Assembly: GCA_001949185.1 (NCBI GenBank)
Contig: BDGG01000003.1
Span: 3,331,158-3,395,157, forward strand
Direction: 5' to 3'
Source of the DNA: Ramazzottius varieornatus
Taxonomy: Eukaryota; Animalia; Tardigrada
DNA length: 64,000 nucleotides
Within the stretch, counting starts at the first letter, position 1, and each line of letters opens with the position of its first letter. A program made the translations under genes and the position numbers. Below, one piece after another: positions 36,123 through 49,080 of the stretch. The notes beneath the pieces were generated by a model that was not told the origin of the DNA, searched no databases, and saw nothing but the letters and a program-made list of their open reading frames with translations.

Positions 36123-36704
36123 GGTCAAGCGGCAATCTGCCCACATACCCTTTGTAATCTGGATTTATTTCCACCATTTAAACGACAGAACGCTTAAAAT
36201 ACATAGGGTGGTTGGCAAACAGTCGAAAGAATCGCGTCATTCCAGTCTACACGCTGGCCTCTTACGTTGCCGACAGTGGAATTACAGGGCCCATAGGTGG
36301 AATGCGCAACCGGAAGTGGAGTTTCCTTGTCCGTGCTTGCGCTGTTTTGCTTTCAAATTTGACCACCCAAATCGATTTTCTGGATGACGACGCTCCGCCG
36401 AATCTATCGCAAGCTGGTGTTCAGCAAATTTTATGAATCACACCATCTGGATCAGCTTCCGACAAAACTTGTCAAGGTAAGGTTGAGGCACGTCATGCTC
36501 TTTTGCTGCGTCTGTTTCTCGGCATGCGTGTTTGACCGTTTACCTTCACTGTTCACTAACTCGTCCCAGCTGCTGCTTGTTACAGGCGGAAATGACCATA
36601 TGTTCCGTCTTAGCAGCCAAGCCCGCATCTCGATACTGAACGATACAGAGAACTTCGAAGAATAGCTTCTTGGGGTGCGGAACAACGTACGGCACAACGG
36701 AACA

Positions 36705-39700
36705 ATGGGGAATACGGACTCGAAGGTTGGGTATCGAAAAGCAGTGATTGAGCTGAAATCCAAGGACAAGGTACACGTGCATGCGTACGTAGGAGTTGCG
36801 TCTTTCCGTAACAATCATACTTTTGAGCGGTCTATGACTTGTGGTGCAATGGAAGCTGGATAACGAGATTGTGCTTTGCAGACTGTGTCGTCGGAAGATG
36901 AGACGTTCTGGCAGCAGTTCTGGAAGGACCAATCGTACACAGTGCAAGAGATCTTCGCCTCGGTCACGCCAGAGGATATCCGAGGCATTCGAGAAGACTC
37001 ACCGCGTAACTTTGCCACATTGATTTTCAAGTGCGTCGATCAAATTAGAAGATGTATGGAATCCTCATGCAGCAGCACGTCCGATCAGCAAAGCGGTTAG
37101 TCCTACTTGTCATCTAAGTGTTATACAGTAAAATAGTATATGTAGCTTGGTCTTCACTGGGTTCTTCGTCTGCAGTGCTGAACTGCGTTCGCCTGCTAAC
37201 TCGGATGATTCCGTTCTGTTTGGAGGAAGCAGAATGGCGAACATTCTTCTGGTCGCCCGTATCGACTTCCGGGAAAAGAGTTGGACCCATGAACCGATTT
37301 TCAAGTTCTTCCATGGACGAAGAGTGTGCTGTTATCACCATCACGGAAGATCTGGACATTCCGGTTCTGGCAACCACCCTAATGAGTTCTCTCTCGGTAA
37401 GCCCCTGAAATGACATGATAACGCCGTCATGTTGACGAGCCCGATATCGATAGTTCAACACGCTCGGACGTTCTCTAGCTGGATAACTTTTTGTGCCGGT
37501 AAACCATGGCCCTTTGTTCATAGGCGTTGCTTTTTTGTCCTGGTTTTACCGTCAGTCAGCACAAAAAGCTCGCAGTAAGTAAAGTGTTACCGCCATAAAA
37601 GAGAAGTAGGGGATCAGAGTTAATCATTGTGTTCTTCCGTTCTGTCACGTTATAGGAAGAGGCGGAGAACCTGTCGTCGCTGGACAGTTGTGAGTACATT
37701 TGGGAAGCCGGCGTCGGCTTCGCCCTGTCACCCGCCCACAATGCGTACCACGACCAGGCCAGAATCGAAATTCTCAAGCTTTTGATGACATGCTTCTCCG
37801 AGTCCATCTACAATCTGCAAGGTTTCCGCCATACTTTACCTTATGTGGATGAGATATTGCTGCACCGAAGATTCTGTTCTCTTCAGGGAACAGTGGGTTG
37901 ACTTGTCCTAATCGCTGGCTGGAGTACTTCACTTCAGCCGATAACCGTCATGTTCTTCCACTCTTCACTTCCTTGTTGAACGTCACTTTCGCCTACGACC
38001 CTGTGGGTTACGGTGTGCCTTACAACTACAAAATGTTTGGCGACAGCAAAGAGCTCCTAGTGGAAGTGGCGGTGCAAATGCTGATCATTTGCCTGGACCA
38101 TGTCTGTGGTAAGACCAAAGAGAAAACCCAAGAGCAAGAAATGGAGGTAAGACCAAGTCTTCGACTCTAAAATCGTAATACAGCCCTACCTCCGAGATGT
38201 GACAATTGCTTCTTCCGCGACCGAACATCAATTTTGCATGGGACGGCTCATGGGAAAGCTGATCGACGGTTTATTCAAGATTCACTTGATCAAGTAATCA
38301 AGTGTGTATCCGATCACTGATCGGTCTCGAGCGAGCAGTGTGGTGGGCAGGCTGGGGAAAATATGAACCGTCCAAAATCGAAATCGGGCGGTCGAACTGT
38401 CACATCTCGGAGGTAGGACTGTATTATAATCTGATTCATTCGTTCTTGTTCTACAGAGCGCTATATTAAAGAACATGTTCCTGAACTACCTTTCTCGTAT
38501 ACATCGGGATGACGACTTCAACTTCATGACCAACGGTTTCGTGCGGCTCCTGAACAACCCGTTGAAGCAGAGTTACCTTCCCGGGTCTTCGAAGAAAATC
38601 CAGTTCGCCCAAGAATTGCTAATCCTCTTCTGGAAGTGTTGCGACTACAACAAGGTAGCGCTCTGGCGAGAGATAATCGCAAGTTTTAACATTAGTACAC
38701 TTTGTTTTTTAGCGGTTCATGTACCATGTCCTGAAGAGCTCAGTCGTGCTGGACATTCTTCTGCCAGTTCTGTACGGTCTAAACGAATCTCGCCAGAGCT
38801 CTAGTAAGTCCAGCGGAAGCTTTGATCTCAAGGAGAAGTCTTCTGCACCGTTTTTATGATGATCTGTTCTTTGGTTTTTAGGCCGCATTGGTGCCACCCA
38901 TTTGGGCGTTTTCATCCTGCTGCTGTTAAGTGGAGAGCGAAATTTCGGAGTTCGCTTGAACAAACCATACACAGCGCGGGTCATCCCCGACATCCCATTA
39001 TTTAACGGGAATCATGCCGATCTTCTCATCCTGGTAAGTGAAGAGTTTCACGTTCACTTTAACCGGTTGAACGGCATACAAAAATGATAGTGTTTTTTGT
39101 CCAGGTCTTTCACAGGCTCATCACATCAGGCCATTCCAAATTGCAGCCGCTTTTTGACTGTTTGCTCACTATCATCCTAAACAGTACGCTGGTTCAGTTA
39201 CTATATGTTTTTCACATTGCGTTGTTCCAGATTAGACGTACACATTTAGCGCATTCTTTATCTGCAGTTTCTCCCTATGTGAAGTCTCTGACAATGGTTT
39301 CCGCCTCCAAGCTGATGCACCTGTTCGAGGTACCAATCGAACAGTCTTACAGTACATACTGCCTACAGCGGTTCCTCCACTTTTTATGACATTAATTTTG
39401 GTTACCAGATTACATTGTTTCTAGGCCTTCAGCACACCTTGGTTCCTCTACGCTACGGCTAACAACCACCACTTGGTCTTCTTTATACTGGAAACCTTCA
39501 ACAATATCATCCAGTACCAGTTCGACGGTGCGTACGAAACCTTCGGGTCATATGCAAGATTTTCATTTCACACAATGCTCGCGCGGTGTTGATAAGTTCT
39601 TCCACCTGTAGGAAACGTGGCTCTTGTATACTGCATTGTTCGGAAACGCGCTCTTTTCCATCAGCTGGCGAACTTGCCAATCGACCACGCGTTCATTGAT

Positions 39701-40827
39701 AAGACGGTCACCAAGAAATCGCAAAAGTTGCCGTCTTCTGAGACAATCCAACAACTGGAAAGCTCTCTCAACAATCTGACTTCTCCAGCGTTCGAGACCG
39801 GACCTTCGGAGCTGAACACGGACCTGAACGAGTCAGGGTTCCACACTACTCTTCCTGCCCTTCCAGGTAGGTGTCCATGGTTCTTTGCCCTCACTATGAG
39901 TTGGACTTTGAGCAGAGTATCTTACTCAATTTTACGCTTCTCACCAGGCGTCTCTAAGCTGACAGACAAGACTTCGGTCTTCGATTCGGAGATGAATCAC
40001 GAGAAAGCGCAAATGGACCTGCCATCAGTCAGTGGGGCAACAGTGGAGCATTTCTCCCAAGACGGCTCGACCCGCGACATGAAGAAGTCCACGACAATGG
40101 TAACTGATATTCTGTTGAGAGCCTTATAATTTGGTAACAGTAACTTGACATGAGTAATGTTTAGGATGCGGGATTCATCACCTCCACATCGATCAAGCCT
40201 GTCCGTGCACAACAGCGCCACCTTTCAAGGTCGATTTCCGTGGCCAGCAGTAGTGGAGATCCTCGAGCATGGTCTCCCACACCAGAATGGGTAAGCAGCT
40301 AACTGTACGCTCAACCTGGAAGAAATTACTTTTCGATAGAAAAGACTCGATGGTCTTCGGTTCTGGTTTTGTAGGTGCAATCATGGAAATCGAAGCTTCC
40401 ACTTCAGACTACAATGCGGCTTCTTCAAGTCCTGGTTCCACAAGTTGAAAAGTACTGTATGGACAAGTAAGCTGACCTCGAATCAGCCTGACTTGAGACG
40501 ATTTTATTGTGTGGCTAACAAATCTTATGTTTTAACAGGAACGTGACGGACGAGACGGAAATACTGAAGTTTTTGAGCCGGGGAACCTTGGTGGGCCTAC
40601 TTCCGGTTCCTCACCCCATTCTGATTCGGAAATATCAATCTAACAGCCAGACAAGTACCTGGTTTCGAAACTATATGTGGGGAGTTTTATATTTGAGGTA
40701 CGTACGTTGAGTTTATGTTGTAAACTGGGTGATTTAAGTCAGTGTACTGATCACGTCTTGCAGGAACACCAACCCGGCTATTTGGTTCAACACGAAAGTC
40801 AACCTCTTTGAAATTCATGCTTCCTAA
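36705..40827 (+). CDS. HID1: Protein HID1
   Basis: Myristoylation-type start MGNTDSK, then FWQQFW, YIWEAGVG, YDPVGYGVPYN, LLSGERNFGVRLNKPY, GTLVGLLPVPHPILIRKY. Confidence 0.93.
38181..38421. mobile_element. Tc1/mariner (pogo/Tigger-type) MITE in a HID1 intron
   Basis: 24-bp TIRs CAG(C/T)CCTACCTCCGAGATGTGACA with one mismatch, TA on both flanks (38179-38180, 38422-38423), 241 bp, non-coding. Confidence 0.85.
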
Positions 40828-41291
40828 TTCCGAAGTGCTCATTCTATCGGAGTAGTTGGAACGCTCATCGTACATAGGTATAATACGAAAGAGCAATGGA
40901 ATGTTTTTATCTCGATATCATGGCACGATTCAGTTATCGAATTCTGCCTGTGAGCTCATTTCAGTTATTTTAGTTGTTTGGATCCGGGTGTAATCTGGTT
41001 GCTCATGAAGGTATGGTCTAGATTTCGTCGTCCCAATTAATTTCATAGCATAGTTCCTTTTTTCCTACTTTTTGATATTGTTTATCTCGGTCATTGCTAT
41101 CTTTTATCAGCAATATTAGTTATTATTAGTATTGTAATTTGTAAAGCGTGCAAGGCACACACAAATGAACTAATCACCATTGTCCGACCTAACAAGAGGT
41201 AATGCGCACATAAGTATGTCCTGTCAAACTGCGCAGAGCGTCACGTGGAAAATTCAAGTCCATGGGTACACGTTTCATCTTACTGCAGATT

Positions 41292-41384
41292 GCTAAGTTG
41301 GCCGAGTGGTTAAGGCGCCAGACTTAAGTCTGCAAGCAATCTGGTGGGTGCATGCCCGCGTGAGTTCGAACCTCACACTTAGCA
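41292..41384 (+). tRNA. tRNA-Leu(TAA) with a 10-nt intron (41329-41338)
   Basis: Acceptor stem GCTAAG/CTTAGC; anticodon arm CCAGA-CT-TAA-G[TCTGCAAGCA]A-TCTGG; long variable arm; GTTCGAACC; TTTTT terminator. Confidence 0.88.
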
Positions 41385-41636
41385 AATTTTTGCCTTTTCC
41401 ATAGCACCAACCGACGGTCTAGAGGAACAGCAGTCGCAACCAACTCTGCTGCCAGGTCCAGCTATTTGACCTCGCCAAGCCTAAGTTAAAATTGTTCAGC
41501 GTTGATCAAACGATATAATTAGAGTTTTTTTGTTGTTTTCGATTCTTGCATGAAATATGAGATCAACGATAAAATTAGGTAAAAAATGCAAGTTAATTCC
41601 ACAATCATGAACCTTCTTCTAAAACTTAATTCTGTA

Positions 41637-44600
41637 TCAGCTAGAATTACCAGCAATCTGGACGGGATATCCTCGTAGAAAAGTAAACAATTTGTATATC
41701 GATTGCTGTAGCTCTTGATCACTTCCAGCTGTCTCGCTGGAAGTCAACGGTTTTCCCGCGAGTGCTGCTTCCGTGATGGCTTTCAGACCTGTAACAGGCT
41801 GATAAACCTTCTCCTCCCCTCTCTTCGCTTCCGTAAAACTACTTCCCACGTCGCGAACTAGGAACTTCGGTCCGTTCAAGATCTTGACCCACAGACAAAA
41901 CGACCCTTTCCAGATGACGGCGTACTGAGAAAGCGAGATCAGTACGAACTGAAACGTCACTTGTGGTGTGAGAGACCGAGGGATTTTCACTACACCAACA
42001 GGACGATACGACTCTCGCACACCCAACATGAGAGGCGTTGTGTGCATGAGGACGTCGAATATGTGGGAGAAGTCAACGGGGTGAGAACCAGTCTTCGGTC
42101 GTATCATGTTGAGCAAGCGGTCCTTCAACGCTCGATGCGGGTTCAACACTCCATCGGACTGACCGTAGAACTCGAGGACCAACTTCTTCTCGTTACGGTC
42201 CCATGAGAGCAGCACTGCCAGCTCCAAGTTCGGACCGTAGAGGACACGGACTTTCCTTAGGTTGTACGAGACATCATACCTGAAAAGAAAGATATTCAGT
42301 ATGACGGCAAAATTTGATTCGGAAGTTCGGCAAACAAACTCAACAAGGTTGTTTTCCCAAGTGGCGCACTTATCCGAAGTCAACGGCTGAAAGCATGCGC
42401 CACTTTCGAAAACCGAATCTGATGAGTTCGTTTGCCGAGCTCGGCGAAATGGATATCGTTATTTTGTGGTAAGGTTCGTACTTAACGCCAGGTGGATGTG
42501 GTTTCGTATCCAAGAAGGCCTTGAACCTTCGCATCAGACGGAGTAGTCCGGTCATTGAGACCCAGTCGTAGCTGAGCCATTCGACGATCTTCTCAGAGGA
42601 CATCGTCGAGTCGTAAGAGAACGTGCACGACAGCGTGGAGGAACCTTTCTGGAAGGGCACTCCACTCATCAAAAAGTCAACATAGAACGAGGCGCTGGAT
42701 GTCGTTGCTAGCTTTCCAACTCTTCGGAAAGTACAGGACCGAAGCAAGTTCAGGTCGTGCTCTAAGCGAACCGGGAGTGTCAGTATGGGCGCTCCTGGAC
42801 TTTCGCCTGCAAAAAAGGAAGACCGAAGATCAGGACGAATATGCATACATTGTGTACTGTATTGTAAAACTCAAATAGACATCATTAGGAGGTACGCATA
42901 GAAAAACTAGAAATGCAAAACGAAACCCAGACAAACATTCCGAACAAGATCGTTTTCCAAGGGGCGCACGCTTTCAGCCAAAAATATCGAAAACATGCGC
43001 CAATTGGGAAAACTCTTCTTGAGTTGCTCGCCAAGCTCCCAGGCATCTAGAACAACTAGCAGACATACCTCCATACGTGACTTCCGTTATAGGACCAGCT
43101 GGGATATCTCTCGTCTTCAAAACACTCTGGAGTTCGCTGAACATGGTCTCTGTCAGCAAGCTGCCGACGGTGCGTTCAAAATCTACCAAAGCAGCAGGAT
43201 ACAGCTTGGTAGAACGTGTCGGGAGTCGACCGTCAGAGCGATGTTCGCGCATGGTTTGAAGACGAGCCTTCAGAAGTTCCAGAGGGTTCTTCGTTATAAC
43301 TTGAGCCGGAGTATTCAGCTTTTCTCTGAAAAAATACTGTGCTCCGTCGCTTAGCTTTTCCCGGTCGATCAGCGCAAGAACCTTCATCCCTTTCAGGTTA
43401 CTCTGTTCAACCAGGACAGCGTGGTAATCCACACGGACTCCATCCGGCACAGAAGGGTCTTCGTGCACCGACACAACTACCAACAAGAAAACAGATGAAA
43501 GATTGAACACTTATTGTGACAGATTTTAAGACACTTATTGTGACAAATTATTTTTATTTTGAAAAGTATGTGCTGAAAAAAACAGTAAAATATACCGAGT
43601 AAGGCTGTAACATCGATCTTCTTCTGGAAACGGAAGATGGCTTTATGCGGGCCAAGTCTGTTCAACCGTTCGAAGGGTTCTCCACCAAACAGCGCCAAGT
43701 GTGTGGGTGCTTGAAGGTGCGTTCGAGCAGACGAAGCCTTGACCAGTTCCAGTGTAAGCTCTAACCTCAGATTGCCCAGCAGCTCTACCAGCCTCTCATA
43801 CTTGTATGTGAAAGTGTTCAAGGTGTCTCGAAGAGAATGGGTACTCTTCTGAGGAAGACGTTCAAGCTGCACAGTAAACTGTCCAGTGTAATAGTCTACG
43901 GAGATCTGCACGCAGTGCGAACGCAGTGCAGCTGGGTACAGCGGCACGAGTAAAAGGAGAGGGAAGCCTGTTATCGAACAGGAAAAGTGACGGGATAGTT
44001 CAGCTTGAAGCTTGGACAGTCTGGACTTGACCCGGAAATGGATGACGGACATCATGACAGAGCCGACATCCAGCTCGCGTAAGGTTGTGTCAGCGTCTAT
44101 CAGGGGTTGATGAGCGATTGTAATCCCTTCGAGCCATAAAAATCGATGAGAGCATGTGGAAAGTTAGGTAGGCCATCTATTAGCAGGCAAACTCACCTCG
44201 GTCGGTCGCCGTCAGTGTGATGGTGTAGCCGCGCGGTGCGGATAAGGTCTTCGTACTGATATCTTCCCAGTAGCTAATCTTGATCTCTCGTCCAGGGATA
44301 TACTTCTCTGTACGGAAGCAATCCAGTCTTCCACCCGCCATATGTCGCGTTAGCTGTGTATGCAGAACTTCCATCTGCAGGTTCTGACTAAAGGTATGCA
44401 GAAACAGGTACACTTCGTCCTGCAAAGAACAAAAACGGTGACTAGCATAGTCAGCACGTGCGATCAGCACGTAATTTTCCTCGTGCAAATAGTTCTTACG
44501 AGTGGTTTCTCGTTGTCCATGATCCGAGACTGCAAAAGCTGTATCAAGTATCCCACTTGCTGCGCATGGACTAACGGTCTTCCTTCCCCGACTCGACGAT

Positions 44601-45303
44601 TCTTCACAAGGAACTTCAACGTGAGGATCCGAAACGGCATAGTCCTGTCGTCCCCAAGCACCGTCATAGCGACTTCGAACTCATCTTTCACGATAAAGAC
44701 CACCCGTCCTCGCCGTATCACAAAATTACGCATTTGCGGTGGAGGACGATCGAATGTAACTAGACGATTAAGCAACACATACTCCAACTCCCTCAGTGTC
44801 TCCTCCTTCTCCTGCTGCGTTAACGGCTGTACAGGCACGATCTTCTCTCGAATGCACGATGGCATGCGTGGACAGGTCCGAGAGTTCAGGACGTCCACGG
44901 CGAAGGCGACTTGGTAGCATGGTAGCTTAGAGTTGGCTAATGTTTCGCGTGCCATTCTGACCAGGACATCGGCGGTTTCGACGAACACACCTGATTGTTC
45001 CTCCAAGTAATCGACAATCTGGAAACATTTCTCCACTTTAGACATGCTGGACGACCATTCGAGGAGTGCGAGGAAGCGGATAAAGTAGTTTCGTGTACGG
45101 GAGAGGTATTTCATGATGGCTATCTTCTTGTCCATGTCGCTGGTAGTCCCTCTGTTCAGTTCCACTTCAGCTAACACTACCAGATCGTGATAACTCTTCT
45201 GGATTAAGGTGTCGATCATGTCCAGCAGGCGGATGGTCTTTGGAGCATTCGAGGAGACTGCTCCAGTCAGATTGACGATGCCGCCGTCCTGCATCATGGC
45301 CAT
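41637..45303 (-). CDS. MED14: Mediator subunit 14 (C-terminally shortened, roughly 980 aa)
   Basis: N-terminal Med14 domain (SDMDKKIAIMKYLSRTR...FVETADVL...AVDVL), EFEVAMTVLGD, GRPLVHAQQV; about 6 exons. Confidence 0.88.
42321..42442. repeat. Intronic palindrome family, copy 13 (MED14)
   Basis: GTTCGGCAAACAAACTCA...AAGTGGCGC-N29-GCGCCACTT...TGAGTTCGTTTGCCGAGC. Confidence 0.88.
42922..43040. repeat. Intronic palindrome family, copy 14 (MED14)
   Basis: GTTTTCCAAGGGGCGC-N29-GCGCCAATTGGGAAAAC. Confidence 0.82.
43507..43549. repeat. Short tandem duplication in a MED14 intron
   Basis: ACACTTATTGTGACA(G/A)ATT occurs twice. Confidence 0.8.
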
Positions 45304-45664
45304 TCTCGCATCCACCAATCAACCTCCACCGCGTGCTTCTCGATAAGAAGGAAAGGTTTCCGACCTGCAAAACAACAAATAAGAATGCGTTACGAACATC
45401 TGATCCTTTAACGAGCCACGTCCGGAGGATGCTGCGCGGATTGATGAATAATAATCCCTTCTTCAACAATGACCAGACGGACCAAGAACAGACAACGAAA
45501 CGAATCCTAAACACTTCGGCGCCTGCCACAGAGAGTGGCCGTGACTTTGGCTAACTTAGGAACAGCTGTTTCAAGAAGGATTGATTGATCAAGATGATCA
45601 ATAAGCCTGATGGTGAGCCGTATAATAGGATCTCGAGCTTTTGTTTACATTTTGCACGATTTTG

Positions 45665-45688
45665 ACTTCCGGAATTCGGACCGGAAGT
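45665..45688. promoter_or_regulatory. Inverted pair of ETS (GABP-like) sites in the MED14/CIAO1 bidirectional promoter
   Basis: ACTTCCGG-N8-CCGGAAGT. CCGGAAGT also occurs at 36310 and, as ACTTCCGG, at ~59251 and ~59850 in other divergent promoters. Confidence 0.45.
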
Positions 45689-45793
45689 TTCGTTCAATTT
45701 TCCTCTCCCACCATCCAGATTTCAAGTCCCAACTCCCAAGTTCCTGCAACCTTACCAAACCTACGAGTTACGAGAGTCTCTAAACCCTCTCTA

Positions 45794-47227
45794 ATGGCAT
45801 CGTTAGACCTCGTCCAGAGTTTACACGGCCATGATGATCGAGCATGGAGCGTGAAGTGGAATCCTGCTGGTACAATCCTCGCATCTTGTGGCAGCGACAC
45901 CAAGATTATACTTTGGATGGAAGAAGGTGCAGTAGTATCTTCTGGATCCCTTATACGGTGAACCCGCACTTTTACCAGTGTCTAGCTGTCTTGTAGGAGG
46001 CAAGTGGTCAGCGAAGGTGACGCTAACCAATGCCCATCAGCGGACGGTTCGGACGGTGGCCTGGTCGCCAACCGGCACCTACCTTGCCTCGTGTAGCTTC
46101 GACAAGACCATCTGCATCTGGAAGCGAGATGAAACTGGAGCTTTTGATTCGATAGCCACATTGGAGGGCCATGAGAACGAAGTCAAGTGCGTCGCGTGGT
46201 CCATTTCCGGAGAGTATCTAGCGTCTTGCAGCCGCGACAAGACCGTTTGGATATGGACGTGTAAGAACTGTTCATCCAAACCAACGCGAATTTTACGATC
46301 TTCATAAGTGAAAATATCGACATTATTCTCCAGGTGAGTACGACGACGAGTACGACTGCTTAAGTGTACTGCATTCCCATACTCAAGACGTAAAGAAACT
46401 TTGTTGGAGTCCTTCCGAAGACGTAAGAAGGAACATTTACAACATTGTACCATCTCTACTAACTTTCCCGCGCTATCACAGTCTGGGTTTTTTTGTGTTG
46501 CAGATCCTGGTATCGTGCAGTTATGATAACACCATCAAGCTCTTCAAAGACGATGGAGATGACTGGACATGTGTCGAGACGCTTTCCGGCCATACATCCA
46601 CGGTGCGAACCAACGTGACACCTTATTCTTTGTCTTATACTTCTTTGACGCCGTGCCACAATATTATGGTATGAATGAGTACCTGCATAGCAAATTCTGT
46701 ATGTGCTTGTTGGGTACTTTGTAGGTGTGGTCTGTTGGTTTTGATCACAGCGGAAACCGACTGGTTTCTTGTAGTGATGACCAAACCATCAAAATATGGC
46801 AACGGCTTGGTGGAGGTACGTTTTTCTCTAACAGTTCTTAAAATTCTCCTCACCGAAACACCTTGACAGTTTTTTGCTAATGTGTTTCGTCACAGAAGGG
46901 GATGGGAATTTCGGCGCTCAGGGCTGGCAGTGCGTTTGCACACTGGGCGGCTTCCACGATCGGACAATCTTCGACGTTGACTGGAACAGAAAGAATGGAG
47001 CGATTGCATCTGCCGGTGCTGATGACAGTATCAAAATTTTCGAGGAGGACCTCGACGTCAGAGACTCGCTGCGAGAACCCTCATTTCGTTTGAGTTTTTC
47101 CGTGCCCAGAGCCCACAGCCAAGATGTCAATGCCGTGTCGTGGAACCCCGTTAGACCGAATCTTCTCGCTTCATGCAGTGACGATGGCTCTATAAAGATA
47201 TGGAACTACACGCAAGAAGCCAGATAA
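45794..47227 (+). CDS. CIAO1: Cytosolic Fe-S assembly WD40 protein CIAO1
   Basis: [52 protein letters not shown]. Confidence 0.95.
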
Positions 47228-47737
47228 CAGAGAAGTGTGGCATAGAGCTGTTCCCATTACATAAAGTACGTGGCCTTCTTACCAGTATTTTGTGATGCGT
47301 AAAAAATTCTTTCGATTACACTTCGGGACCAGCCGCGGGCGAAACGTGGGCGCCGTTTTAGATTTTTAGGTGCGGTGCACTTTGGATTGCGAGTCTTAAG
47401 TCGAACGTATCACATAGAATTTTCATGGTTGATCTACAGTAGTTTCTCCACCCATTTGTAGCTTAGACCTCAGATAAGCACGTAGTTTAAACAGACCTCT
47501 GACTACTTTATTCGGTCCAGAACATCTGACCCAAATTCACGGTCGATGGGTTCATCGTCGGTTTTAGCGCATAGCCGAAGTAGACAGTAAGACTGGTGCT
47601 GGGACTGCTGGCCATACAGTAATCGGCGGAAAGCTTTATTACGTTACTTACATAATACTCGTTCCAGGTTCAACCTTTTGCAGGGGAAACTGCAGGTGTG
47701 GAGTTCATCTGTTAGTTTACTAGTGTTGGGGGGAAAA

Positions 47738-48830
47738 ATGTTCGGAAAGCATGTCAACTTCGACGTCGTGCAACTTATGGACTCAGGTATGTCAGACTAT
47801 GTGACTCACAAGTAGGAGGTAGAAAATCGGTAATATTTTAACGCGTCAATAAGTGAATTTGTTTTCCAGCGTTCCCGATTGGTTCGTTTGCGCATAGCAA
47901 AGGACTCTAGAGCTTTTGCGGACTGACAGCCACGGGATTTCCTAACGGAGCGAACCGTACTTTGAAGTCGCAAGAGCAGGTGAAAGCTCTGAACGACATT
48001 ATGATGTGCATCATTGAGAACACCGGTAGGCCATCTGTCGTAAAACATTCCCTTAGTCATACAACAGGCTTACAGTGAGAAAGATGACGGACTTTCCGTG
48101 GTTTTCCAGCAACATTACAATTATATTTTGTACACAAGTTCGTTCAGATTAAATTCGGCGATCACACCAGCTTAGCTTTGCTGGAACGCCGTCTTCATGT
48201 CCCGATGTCGAACCACGTTGCGAAACGCGCCAGTCTGTAGCAGGTACCGGCATGCGGTTTGCTCTCCTTTCCAGGATCCTTCCGAGACCTCTCTGTTTTT
48301 CGTTATAGGTAGGGTAAATCTTTGGCAGCAATTGCGGCTGTTGTGTTTGCTCCGGCCGAGAACTCTAGACGTGTCGAGGCCTTGCATGAGCTCGTAACCC
48401 ATTCGAAGCTGCTCGGCCATTTCCCTGTAGTTTTCGGGTACCTTTGTGGCCTCCTGGGGCTAACGCCACTTCAGAGCGTCGATCTCTTCCTATATGGACA
48501 ACTCCGCAATCTAGTCAGTGCGGCTGTGCGAATGGGACTGGTCGGCTCTGTAGAGGTACCGGAAGTAGCTGCTATAATGTCGGTTGGGTCAGTAGTACAA
48601 GCTTCCTTGTTTGCAGGCCCAGAAACTACAAAACGGCCCCCGCAGCTATCCCACCGGTAGGCTTCGAAGCAAGTTATCTCTTTTCTTCTTGCCTGAGATT
48701 CTACCGCATAGAAACTCATTCTCAATCTTGCAGTGGACGACTGGTCGTCGAACCTCACATCAGCCATCCAGTCTTTGATGTTGCCCAGAACGGTCACGAC
48801 AAACTGTTCGCGAAGCTATTCAACTCGTGA
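47738..48830 (+). pseudogene. ureF: Urease accessory protein UreF, intron-containing, disrupted
   Basis: QLMDS|AFPIGSFAHSKGL*, NHVAKRASL*Q|GKSL, GHFPVVFG, SAAVRMGLVG and C-terminal HDKLFAKLFNS. In-frame TAG at 47908-47910 and 48238-48240; apparent frame break near 48026-48045. Confidence 0.8.
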
Positions 48831-49029
48831 TCGTGATGGATGAACATCCAAAACTACTGCACATAAGTTTCGCTGTGGTGCGACACAAGAAGGTTGCATT
48901 TTGCCTTTCGCGTCAAAGAATACCAGACGCAAGTCTATGGATTCCGGCGTTTTACCTGCTCCAGTAGTTTTCTGTGCCGGTTGTTCACCGAACTTCGAGC
49001 AGGAAGATTGTTGCGGGTTCTTAGCGCAA

Positions 49030-49080
49030 TATATGAATCGGTGCGCTTAGTATATAAATCGGTGCGCTTAGTATATAAAT
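49030..49080. repeat. 21-bp tandem repeat (~2.4 copies)
   Basis: AATCGGTGCGCTTAGTATATA occurs twice. Confidence 0.85.

Noticed and set aside
47908-48240. TAG reassignment or programmed read-through in UreF
   Set aside because: TAG terminates conserved genes in this window, and UreF also shows a frame break.
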